Assembly (NCBI GenBank): GCA_947167235.1
Contig: CAMVHF010000001.1
Span: 5,675-69,674, forward strand
Reading direction: 5' to 3'
DNA length: 64,000 nt
From: an uncultured Alphaproteobacteria bacterium
Lineage (GTDB): Bacteria > Pseudomonadota > Alphaproteobacteria > RF32 > CAG-239
Shown: positions 32,928-41,136 of the stretch, piece after piece
Layout of the letters: each line of letters begins with the position of its first letter
Numbering within the stretch: position 1 is the first letter of the stretch
Position numbers and translations under genes: made by a program
Notes under the pieces: model-generated
The model's input: the letters and a program-made list of their open reading frames with translations, nothing else
The model's database searches: none
Told to the model about the DNA's origin: nothing

Positions 32928-32945
32928 TCAGACAAGATTTTAAAA

Positions 32946-32969
32946 GGCCTCCGGTCGGGAGGCTTTTTT
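32946..32969 (+). terminator. intrinsic terminator after trxA
   Basis: ggcctcc-ggtcg-ggaggc hairpin followed by TTTTTTCTTTTTT. Confidence 0.65.
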
Positions 32970-33134
32970 CTTTTTTAAATCAAGAATCTGCTTGCATTTA
33001 AAAAATATTTATGTTAATCATAGCGCGATAAATAACCGCTTTTATGTATGAGCACCTCGTGCCACCGTAGTAAAAGCACTGTATCAATACGCTTTGCCTG
33101 TCAAAGCACGGAAAAATTAGAAAGGAATTACATT

Positions 33135-33596
33135 ATGAGACACGGTGACGGTCATAGAAAATTTAGTATGCCAAAAAGCCAAAGAAGAGCTTTGTTCTCT
33201 AACTTAACAAGTGCTTTGTTGGAACACGAACAAATCACAATCACATTGACTCGCGCAAAAGAATTAAGAACTTTTGCCGATAATATGATTACTTATGCGA
33301 AAAAAGGCGATTTGAACAGCCGTCGTTTGGCTGCTGCCTTCTTGCGTAATGATGAAGTCGTTTCTAAACTTTTCTCTACTTTAGCTGAACGTTACAAAGA
33401 ACGCAACGGTGGTTACACACGCGTTTTGAAAGCCGGTTTCCGTTATGGTGACTGCGCTCCGATGGCTGTAATCGAATTGGTTGATCGTGACGTTAATGCC
33501 AAAGGCGCTAAAGATTTAGCTCGTGTTGCTGCTGAAAAAGCTGCTGCTGCCGAAGCTGAAAAAGCTGAAGAATCATCTTCTGCAGAAGCTAAATAA
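33135..33596 (+). CDS. rplQ: 50S ribosomal protein L17 with Ala/Glu/Lys-rich C-terminal extension
   Basis: Aligns by eye with E. coli L17 (MRH..R.....S.R.A.F.N.....L..HE.I.TTL.KAKELR, NRRLA, GGYTR.LK.GFR.GD.APMA.IELVDR). Start at ATG 33135. The ORF-track start 33048 is too early. Confidence 0.88.
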   Translation: MRHGDGHRKFSMPKSQRRALFSNLTSALLEHEQITITLTRAKELRTFADNMITYAKKGDLNSRRLAAAFLRNDEVVSKLFSTLAERYKERNGGYTRVLKAGFRYGDCAPMAVIELVDRDVNAKGAKDLARVAAEKAAAAEAEKAEESSSAEAK

Positions 33597-33620
33597 TTTT
33601 AGCAACAAGCAAATTAAAAA

Positions 33621-33645
33621 GCCTCGGAACTTCCGAGGCTTTTTT
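33621..33645. terminator. bidirectional intrinsic terminator after rplQ (second copy of the 19.36-kb element)
   Basis: aaaagcctcggaacttccgaggctttttt is identical over about 29 nt to 19364-19392. Confidence 0.7.
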
Positions 33646-33710
33646 GTTGATAAAGTTACAAAAAAAGCTCCCGATTTGGGAGCAATAAAAGGGAAAACAA
33701 TGAGTTTTTA

Positions 33711-34061
33711 TTAATTGGTACGTACGTTTTTGGAATTAATTATTTGGTTAGCCATTGCTTTGGCATCATTATCTTTAGTAAATGTCCATGCCGGATGTGA
33801 CAACTTAGTCGAATTATCGGCATTGATTTTCATCTTTTGTAAATCAAGTTCAGATGGTTCCTTACCGTTAACAACGGTATAGGCAAATTTGGCAAATTCT
33901 CTGTTGAACCCCATTTCTTCTTTAGCCGGAACCAATTCGGTCGGAAATGCGGTTTTTATAGCCTCTTTGCCGGCGCCAGATAGGGCCGGAGCATTTTCTG
34001 TTTGCGCAGGAGCAAAGCTTTTAATGCCGCCTTCCTGCATAAATGAATTTCTATCAGTCAT
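33711..34061 (-). CDS. hypothetical soluble protein (116 aa)
   Basis: ORF with aaagggga RBS 7 nt upstream. No signal peptide, no recognised motif. Confidence 0.5.
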   Translation of the reverse strand: MTDRNSFMQEGGIKSFAPAQTENAPALSGAGKEAIKTAFPTELVPAKEEMGFNREFAKFAYTVVNGKEPSELDLQKMKINADNSTKLSHPAWTFTKDNDAKAMANQIINSKNVRTN

Positions 34062-34256
34062 TGTTTTTCCCCTTTAAAATACAGACATAATTCTGCACGA
34101 ATTTTTTTCTTTTGTCTAACATTAACATTTGCAAAATGTTTTGTCAAGTATTTTTTTGTAAAATATGAAATATTTGTTACAAAAATAACCTTTTTGTGTA
34201 CAAAGCCGATAAAATAAGGTAAAACTACAAAAAAACAGAACAAAAAAGAGAGTAAG

Positions 34257-35837
34257 ATGTCACTATTAAAATCAGTTGCAACTTTTGGCGGATTAACATT
34301 TATAAGCCGAATAACCGGCTTTTTGCGTGATATGATTTTGGCAAATTGTTTGGGTGCCGGAATGATGGCCGATGCTTTTGTCGTAGCCTTCAAATTGCCT
34401 AACTTATTCAGAAGCCTGTTTGCCGAAGGGGCATTTACAAGCGCATTTGTTCCGTTGTTTTCGCAAAAATTAGTAGCTGAAGGCAAGAAAAAATCCATAT
34501 TTTTTGCGGCACAAGCCATTGCCATATTGGTTGTTATTGTCGGGTTATTTGTGGTTTTGTTTGAGCTTTTGATGCCGTATGTTGTAACGGTTTTGGCTCC
34601 CGGATTCCACAATGACGAAGGAAAATTGGAATTGGCAACCGAGTTGTGCCGAATTACTTTTCCGTTTTTACTTTTGATATCGATAGTTTCTTTTCAGGGA
34701 GGTATCTTAAATTCGTTTGAAAAATTTGCCGCACCGGCCACCGCACCGATTATTCTTAATCTGACGATGATTTTCTCGGCTTTTGCATTTGTTCCGTTTA
34801 TGCCGTCAGCGGCACACGGTATTGCTTTAGGTATAACCGTTGCCGGTGTTCTCGAAGTTTTGTGGTTGTATATTGCCTTGAAGCGAACAGATGTAACGAT
34901 TCATCCCTATATTCATATTGCTAAAATTTTGCATAATCCGGAGATTCGCACCTTATTTAAGCGGATTGCACCGGGGGTTGTCGGTGCCGGTATTTATCAA
35001 ATTAATATGGCTGTGGATACGATTTTGGTTTCATTGGTCGGGACCGGTGCTATTTCGTGGCTCTATTATGCTAATCGGCTGCAACAGTTACCGCTCGGCG
35101 TTGTCGGAGCGGCGATCAGTGTGGCATTGTTGCCGATTTTGTCTAAATATTTGAAAGCCGGCGAAATTGAGGAAGCTCAAAAAACGCAGGATAAAGCTGT
35201 TGAATATGGCTTATTGATGTCATTTCCGGCGGCCGTGCTTTTGATTGTTTTAGCCGAGCCGATTGTTACCTTATTATTCCAGCACGGAAAATTTTTGCCG
35301 GCAGATGCTTCGCGTACCGCATGGGCGGTTATAGCTTATTCGATAGGGCTGCCGTGTTATGTTATGACAAAGGCGCTGATGCCGAATTTCTTCGCCCGCG
35401 GCGATACGGTAACGCCGGTTAAGTACAGTGCGGTTGTTTTTGTAACAAACTTTGTGTTTAATGTTGTTTTAATGCAATATTTCGGACATATCGGAATTGC
35501 TATGGCAACGACAATTGCCGCTTTTGTTTCTTTGGCTCAGTATATAATAGGTCTTAAAAAACGCGGTTATTGGCAAATCAGTCGCTCGTTAATTATAAAA
35601 ATTCTGAAAATTGCACTGATTTCTATCATTATGGGCGGGTGTGTATGGTGTGCCGATTATGGCTTAAAACTATGTTTTGCAGCCCACCTTGCACATAAAA
35701 TTTGGCTGTTTGCCGAGTTGTGCGTATTAGGTGTCTTTGCACTTGCAATTTTTATGATATCGGCTAAAATACTGAATGTGATTAATTTTCGGGAAATCCT
35801 TAATATGGTAAGGAGAAAACATGGTAAAGAAGAATAA
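34257..35837 (+). CDS. murJ: lipid II flippase MurJ (MviN)
   Basis: 526 aa, about 14 TM. Conserved N-terminal MurJ block (TFISRITGFLRDMILANCLGAGMMADAF..AFKLPNLFRSLFAEGAFTSAFVPLF). Confidence 0.88.
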   Translation: MSLLKSVATFGGLTFISRITGFLRDMILANCLGAGMMADAFVVAFKLPNLFRSLFAEGAFTSAFVPLFSQKLVAEGKKKSIFFAAQAIAILVVIVGLFVVLFELLMPYVVTVLAPGFHNDEGKLELATELCRITFPFLLLISIVSFQGGILNSFEKFAAPATAPIILNLTMIFSAFAFVPFMPSAAHGIALGITVAGVLEVLWLYIALKRTDVTIHPYIHIAKILHNPEIRTLFKRIAPGVVGAGIYQINMAVDTILVSLVGTGAISWLYYANRLQQLPLGVVGAAISVALLPILSKYLKAGEIEEAQKTQDKAVEYGLLMSFPAAVLLIVLAEPIVTLLFQHGKFLPADASRTAWAVIAYSIGLPCYVMTKALMPNFFARGDTVTPVKYSAVVFVTNFVFNVVLMQYFGHIGIAMATTIAAFVSLAQYIIGLKKRGYWQISRSLIIKILKIALISIIMGGCVWCADYGLKLCFAAHLAHKIWLFAELCVLGVFALAIFMISAKILNVINFREILNMVRRKHGKEE

Positions 35838-37119
35838 TACACTCAAATCTCAGGCAAAGAAAGATACACCGGTCGATGATATTTCGAACGAACCGGTAGA
35901 AATTGAAGCCACCGACAGCACTGTAATCGAATCTGAAGAAAATAAAACGGAAAAAATCAAAGCCGTGCTGAATAAAGTGACGGTAACGATAAAATTATAC
36001 GCCTCGGCGCTGTTAAACAAATTAAAAAATATTTCGTTTTCCGGAAGTAAAGACTTTTTTAAAAATGCCGGTCAATTTGCTTTGGATAAACTGGATGATA
36101 TTAAAACATATCCGTATGGCGACAAATTTAAGGAATTGTCGACTTCAATAAAAAAATTTAAGTTTAAGAAAACCGGTTTTGTTAAATTTATAAAGAAAGC
36201 CGGGCGTAAGTTGTCCTCATCGTGGAAAACGATTTTGACGGTTGTGCCGATGTTTTTGATTTTTTATTATGCCGTCGGCAGCCAAATTGTCGAAGATATG
36301 GATGTGACGACCGAATATGATGTACCGGCCGAAAAAAGCCCGCTGTTTGAAACACCGGACAGTATGGCATTTTTACTCAAACGCGAAGTTGATGATAAAA
36401 TGTGGACCCCGAATTTACCGATAATCTTTCCGGCTTACGTTTTGGATAATATGCCTAATTTCCAAATAGGTATTATTGATGCCGTTAAGGATGTCAGCAA
36501 TACGATGCGCAAGCTGAGCTTTAATACACCGGCGCAAAATAAAGATATTAAAGATGCACACAAGTTATTGAGTTACGCGCCGAATATTTGGATTATGACA
36601 CGCAAAAGCGCATTAAATTTAGCACCGTCCTCTAATTCCCAATATCGCAAAGCGGCTAAAAAATTGAAAGATTATCGTCGGAACGGTATTTTCACACCGA
36701 CTGCGGCTGATCTGGAAAGATTGGTAACCGGCATCGGTAAAGAATTGCAAAAGATAGCACAGGCCAATGAGGAATATCAGCAGGAAAATTCCGGAGATTT
36801 CTGGGATACATCGTCTGATGATTTATTTTATCATAATCGCGGTTATGCCTTTGCCCTGTGGCAAATTACCAAAACGTTGAGTGCGGATTACAAAGATTTA
36901 ATTTTGGATATGAATGTCTATCCGGAATGGACGTATTTTGTATCATCCTTAAAACGCGCGGCGGAGATGAAACCGATAATCATTCGCAACGGTGCACCGA
37001 CCAGTGTATTTGTGCCTAATCATCTGATTATGCAAAATTACTATCTGTTGCGCGCACTGACTGCTGCCGAAAAGATTCGCAACGGTTTAATACGGGAAGA
37101 ATATGTACGTCAAAATTGA
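35821..37119 (+). CDS. hypothetical membrane protein (432 aa; Lys-rich N-terminus, single predicted TM near residue 135)
   Basis: aggag RBS. Overlaps the murJ 3' end by 17 nt and the nfu-like 5' end by 17 nt, so it is an operon member. No recognised motif. Confidence 0.55.
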   Translation: MVKKNNTLKSQAKKDTPVDDISNEPVEIEATDSTVIESEENKTEKIKAVLNKVTVTIKLYASALLNKLKNISFSGSKDFFKNAGQFALDKLDDIKTYPYGDKFKELSTSIKKFKFKKTGFVKFIKKAGRKLSSSWKTILTVVPMFLIFYYAVGSQIVEDMDVTTEYDVPAEKSPLFETPDSMAFLLKREVDDKMWTPNLPIIFPAYVLDNMPNFQIGIIDAVKDVSNTMRKLSFNTPAQNKDIKDAHKLLSYAPNIWIMTRKSALNLAPSSNSQYRKAAKKLKDYRRNGIFTPTAADLERLVTGIGKELQKIAQANEEYQQENSGDFWDTSSDDLFYHNRGYAFALWQITKTLSADYKDLILDMNVYPEWTYFVSSLKRAAEMKPIIIRNGAPTSVFVPNHLIMQNYYLLRALTAAEKIRNGLIREEYVRQN

Positions 37120-37627
37120 AGATTTGGAACCTAAACAAATTATAAATTTTTATTTGCCGCAAGAGTTAAAGTTGGCGGAAAGCGCTGTTGTATTATCTAA
37201 TCCGCTGCAAACGGCAAACAGTTTTATTGGCGGCCTTATGGCGATTGACGGCATAACCGAAATACTGCTGACAGATAAGTTGGTGTCCGTTCATTATCAT
37301 TCGGACAACAAAGATGATATTCGGATGTTGGTGTTGGCGGAACTGGATGATTATTTTACCGCTGCACCGTCAGAAGTGATCGACGAATCAAATGTTGCCG
37401 ATATCGAAAAAATTGAAGCATTGGCGGATGCTTTTATTCGTCCGACGTTGAACAGAGATAAAGGCGATATAGATATATTATCATTTACAGATGGCGCTTT
37501 GACGATAAAATTTACCGGCCATTGTGCCGGCTGTCCGTACGCACAGAATACACTGCAAAATGTTATAGCTAAAACGCTACTTCATTATATGCCGCAAATT
37601 GAAAAAATCGATTTGGAGAACACTTGA
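37103..37627 (+). CDS. Nfu/NifU-like Fe-S cluster assembly protein
   Basis: C-terminal NifU-type domain with CxxC (GHCAGCPYAQNTLQNVIAKTL). N-terminal Nfu_N-like segment. Confidence 0.7.
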   Translation: MYVKIEDLEPKQIINFYLPQELKLAESAVVLSNPLQTANSFIGGLMAIDGITEILLTDKLVSVHYHSDNKDDIRMLVLAELDDYFTAAPSEVIDESNVADIEKIEALADAFIRPTLNRDKGDIDILSFTDGALTIKFTGHCAGCPYAQNTLQNVIAKTLLHYMPQIEKIDLENT

Positions 37628-38520
37628 TGCGATTACCTGTATGGATTTTTTTATTTATTTTTTCGATTATTCTGCCGCTTAATGCCAAAATGGTATCAAC
37701 GCAAAAAGATGGTGCGCTATATATTAAATCGATAACGGTTGCCGAGCTTGAACATTTATATAATCAGCAAGAATTTTTTGAATTTTCAAAGCCGCGCGGT
37801 GTTTATCCGCGAATTTATCTTGAACATCTGCCGGATGATTGGAAGGAAGTACCTGAAAATCAGGCTAAACAGCGAACATTTATTAAAATTTTGCTTCCGT
37901 TGGTTTTGAAAATCAATGAAGAAATTCTTGCCGAACGCTCGGAAATAGAAAAAATAAATGAAAAATTTTCGGCCGGAGAAAAACTTTCGGAAACAGAACT
38001 GAAATTTCTGGAAGAAAAAGCCGAAAAATATGATATTTTTACGCGTTTGAAAGGAGATCACCGAACATCGTATTTATTGCGATATTTGTTGATTAATGTT
38101 GATGCGGTCCCGCCGTCTATTATGATTTCTACCGCGGCCATTTATACGGATTGGGGTATATCAAGACTGGCATTGGAGGCAAATTCCCTGTATCGTGATG
38201 AAATTTGGTATCAAAAAGATCAGGGCTTAAAGCCGATAGATGATCCGGATGCCGATTATTCTTATCAGATTTTTTCATCTCTTGAAGATTGCATTCGTCA
38301 TCGGGCCTTAAAGCTTAATTCTCATATCAATTATGATTATTTGCGCGAATCGCGACGCGTTGCCCGTACGATGAAACGTCCGCCGTATGGTCCGCAGGTG
38401 GCCGCTCAAATGATAGACGACAGTAATTTGAAAAATATTGCCGGTTTGATTGATTATACATTTACATTTTTCCAACTTTCAAACGCGGATTTTTATCCTA
38501 AACTTCGTGATGTTAAATAA
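37624..38520 (+). CDS. secreted glucosaminidase-domain protein (FlgJ-C/Bax-like, tentative)
   Basis: Signal peptide MMRLPVWIFLFIFSIILPLNA. Segment AAIYTDWGISRLALEANSLYRDEIW resembles the glucosaminidase-family motif. ATGA overlap with the nfu-like gene. Confidence 0.5.
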   Translation: MMRLPVWIFLFIFSIILPLNAKMVSTQKDGALYIKSITVAELEHLYNQQEFFEFSKPRGVYPRIYLEHLPDDWKEVPENQAKQRTFIKILLPLVLKINEEILAERSEIEKINEKFSAGEKLSETELKFLEEKAEKYDIFTRLKGDHRTSYLLRYLLINVDAVPPSIMISTAAIYTDWGISRLALEANSLYRDEIWYQKDQGLKPIDDPDADYSYQIFSSLEDCIRHRALKLNSHINYDYLRESRRVARTMKRPPYGPQVAAQMIDDSNLKNIAGLIDYTFTFFQLSNADFYPKLRDVK

Positions 38521-38533
38521 AGGAGGCTGTTGG

Positions 38534-40207
38534 ATGTTTTTCAGTTTAAGCAAAAAGATTTTATATAGTCTGATAGCCTTTTTATTTTTAATTGCGCTGC
38601 TGTTTTTATCTATATTCATTAACTTATATTCACAAAAAATCGCCGATAATCAAAACACGATATATATGCGTAATGAATATGTATTGAACCTGCTATACGA
38701 TAATATCCGATTAAAAAAACAAATAGCCGAAATCGGTAAAAATCATCCGAACATCATTAAAGGATACAATGTTTATTCGATTTCAAAAGAATTGGATTCG
38801 ACGGTTAAAGAATTAACAAGCGAACAAAAACTTAATGAGGAACTTAAAAAGAATTATGACAATAATGCCGAGGCAATAAAAACCGGAGCTAAAGTTATCG
38901 GTTACAGTCTGGTTGTTGTGGTAATGCTTATCTTACTGCTGATTTTTTTATTGGATTATTGGGTTATACGTCCGACAGAACGGATATCAAATGTCAGTCG
39001 TCAAGTTTCTAAAGGCATTTACTCAAGCCGACTGCCGTTAAAGCAAGGCGCCAAACTGCAGGATGAGTTTGATATTTTATATTCGGCATATAATCAGATG
39101 CTTGACAGTATTGAAGATAATATTGCCCAGGTCAAAAACCGTGAGCACTATTTACAGCAATTGATTGATGCCATACCGGAAGGTATTCGTGTTATTGATA
39201 AAAATTTTAATGTTATGATGACTAATCAGGCTTTTAATAACATGTTTAAAATAACCGAAACCAGTGTCGGGCAAAAGTGTTATCAGGCTTATGGTTATAA
39301 ATGCGAGGAATGTCCGCAAAGCCGCTATAATTGTCCGGTCAGGAACTGGCGAAAAAACATTAATTCCGAAGCAATCCGAACCATTCATGAAGTCGGGAAA
39401 ACGCCGTTTTATGTTACGGCAGCCAAATTAAAAATTTCAGCAAAGGAATACTATATCATTGAGGCGTTGCACGATTTAAGTGCCGATATTAAATATTCGC
39501 ATCAGCAAAAAGTTTCCTCTTTGGGATTTTTATCGACATCCATTGCGCATGAAATGAAAAATAATCTCGGGGCCATTCGTATGATTTTGGAAGGCCTTCT
39601 CGACAGTGAATATAAAGATGTTGCCGATGATGATGCCGGTAAAAAATATTTGACAATGGCACATAATCAATTAATCGAAGCCGTCAAAACGCCTGAAAGA
39701 TTATTACGTCTGGCACAATATTCGGAAGATGAAGTTACCGAAGTTGATGTTAAATCAGCGGTCGGTGATATGGTTTTAATGATTGACTACGACGCCAAAA
39801 GACACGGTATCAGTGTTGATACGGTTATTGACGACAATATTGTGCTTATGACCAACGAAGCCGATTTTAAAATGATAATTCTCAACTTGGTTCAAAATGC
39901 GATTAAAGCTATGCCGAAAGGCGGCCAGTTATATATTGAAGGTTCTAAAAATAATCGCGGTGTTGTTATAAAAATCAAAGATAACGGTATCGGTATCGAA
40001 GCCGGTAAAATCAAACATATATTTGAGCCGTTTTATTCGGCAAATTCGCAAGCTAAAAGTTCCGGTTTGGGACTGGCTATTGTCAGCAGTCTGGTTGAAA
40101 AGAATAAAGGTAAAATCGCCGTAAAGAGTAAGGTCGGCGAAGGAACGGAATTTACGCTGCGTTTTCCGCAGATAAAAAATGAAAAAAAGCCTGATTATTT
40201 ATCTTGA
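38534..40207 (+). CDS. sensor histidine kinase (2 TM, HAMP-like, PAS with Cys cluster, HisKA, HATPase_c). No adjacent response regulator
   Basis: H-box SIAHEMKNNLGAI. N-box LVQNAIKAMPKGG. G1 IKDNGIGI. G2 GLGLAI. Start re-called to ATG 38534 (aggagg RBS). The ORF-track start is 38450. Confidence 0.8.
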   Translation: MFFSLSKKILYSLIAFLFLIALLFLSIFINLYSQKIADNQNTIYMRNEYVLNLLYDNIRLKKQIAEIGKNHPNIIKGYNVYSISKELDSTVKELTSEQKLNEELKKNYDNNAEAIKTGAKVIGYSLVVVVMLILLLIFLLDYWVIRPTERISNVSRQVSKGIYSSRLPLKQGAKLQDEFDILYSAYNQMLDSIEDNIAQVKNREHYLQQLIDAIPEGIRVIDKNFNVMMTNQAFNNMFKITETSVGQKCYQAYGYKCEECPQSRYNCPVRNWRKNINSEAIRTIHEVGKTPFYVTAAKLKISAKEYYIIEALHDLSADIKYSHQQKVSSLGFLSTSIAHEMKNNLGAIRMILEGLLDSEYKDVADDDAGKKYLTMAHNQLIEAVKTPERLLRLAQYSEDEVTEVDVKSAVGDMVLMIDYDAKRHGISVDTVIDDNIVLMTNEADFKMIILNLVQNAIKAMPKGGQLYIEGSKNNRGVVIKIKDNGIGIEAGKIKHIFEPFYSANSQAKSSGLGLAIVSSLVEKNKGKIAVKSKVGEGTEFTLRFPQIKNEKKPDYLS

Positions 40208-41136
40208 AGAGTATGGTCAATACGGTTTTCCGGCAAACCGAACGGATCTTGATGTACAATCAACTGCATTTGCGGATAAGCGGCTATAATCTTATTTTCG
40301 GCTTTATCGGATAAAGCGTGCGTTTCCGTCAGGGTTTTATTGCCGTCAAATTCAAGATGTATTTCGGCAAACCAGTGGTTACCCGACACGCGAGTTCTTA
40401 AATCATGATAACCTAAAATACCGTCGACGGATTGTATAATTTGTATGATATTGTTTTTAACCTCATCATCAAGTTCTTTGTCGGTTATTTCTTCCAAAGC
40501 TTCCAATGTTAAAATCCACGCATTATAAATCAAATAAATCGAAATCAAAATAGCCGTGACAATATCCACCCATTCCCAATTTAAATAACGCACGACGGTC
40601 AGCGAAACAATGACGGACGAGTTGGAAAGAATATCAACAACATAGTGCAGACTGTCGGCCGCAATAGCTTGCGATTTGGTAATCCGGATAACATAACGCT
40701 GAAAAATGACTAAAGCACAGGTGAGCAGCAAACTGATAACCATGACGGCAATACCCAGAGCCGTTTCTTTTATTTGTACCGGATAAATAAAGCGATAAAT
40801 ACCGTCGTACAAGATAAAGCCGGCCGAGCCGACAATAAAGGCAGCTTGAATGAGTGCGCTGACGGATTCGGCTTTACCGTAGCCGTAACGATGCCGTTTG
40901 GTAAAAGGTTTATCCGAATATTTGACGGCTATCATACTGATACACGACGATACAATATCCGACAGTCCGTCTACCAAAGACGATAAAATCGATAATGAAC
41001 CCGTCATAAAGGCGGCAACGGCTTTTATGGCTGTCAGTAATACCGCAAGAGAGATACTGCAAACAGTTGCGAGATACTTTAATTCAGCAAAATTATTTTC
41101 GGATGATTTCAAGAATTTTCTCCATTTGATTTTCAT
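40195..41136 (-). CDS. cation diffusion facilitator family divalent-metal efflux protein
   Basis: Six TM with CDF signature blocks (SLAVLLTAIKAVAAFMTGSLSILSSLVDGLSD..., HYVVDILSNSSVIVS), plus a C-terminal cytoplasmic domain. Confidence 0.8.
   Translation of the reverse strand: MKIKWRKFLKSSENNFAELKYLATVCSISLAVLLTAIKAVAAFMTGSLSILSSLVDGLSDIVSSCISMIAVKYSDKPFTKRHRYGYGKAESVSALIQAAFIVGSAGFILYDGIYRFIYPVQIKETALGIAVMVISLLLTCALVIFQRYVIRITKSQAIAADSLHYVVDILSNSSVIVSLTVVRYLNWEWVDIVTAILISIYLIYNAWILTLEALEEITDKELDDEVKNNIIQIIQSVDGILGYHDLRTRVSGNHWFAEIHLEFDGNKTLTETHALSDKAENKIIAAYPQMQLIVHQDPFGLPENRIDHTLQDK

Noticed and set aside
33048-33134. Upstream extension of rplQ ([29 protein letters not shown])
   Set aside because: Alignment with L17 begins at MRH (ATG 33135). 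The extension has no RBS and is probably 5' leader.
34058-34612. 184-aa minus-strand ORF overlapping the murJ 5' region
   Set aside because: Antisense to the most conserved part of MurJ, with no RBS. Spurious.
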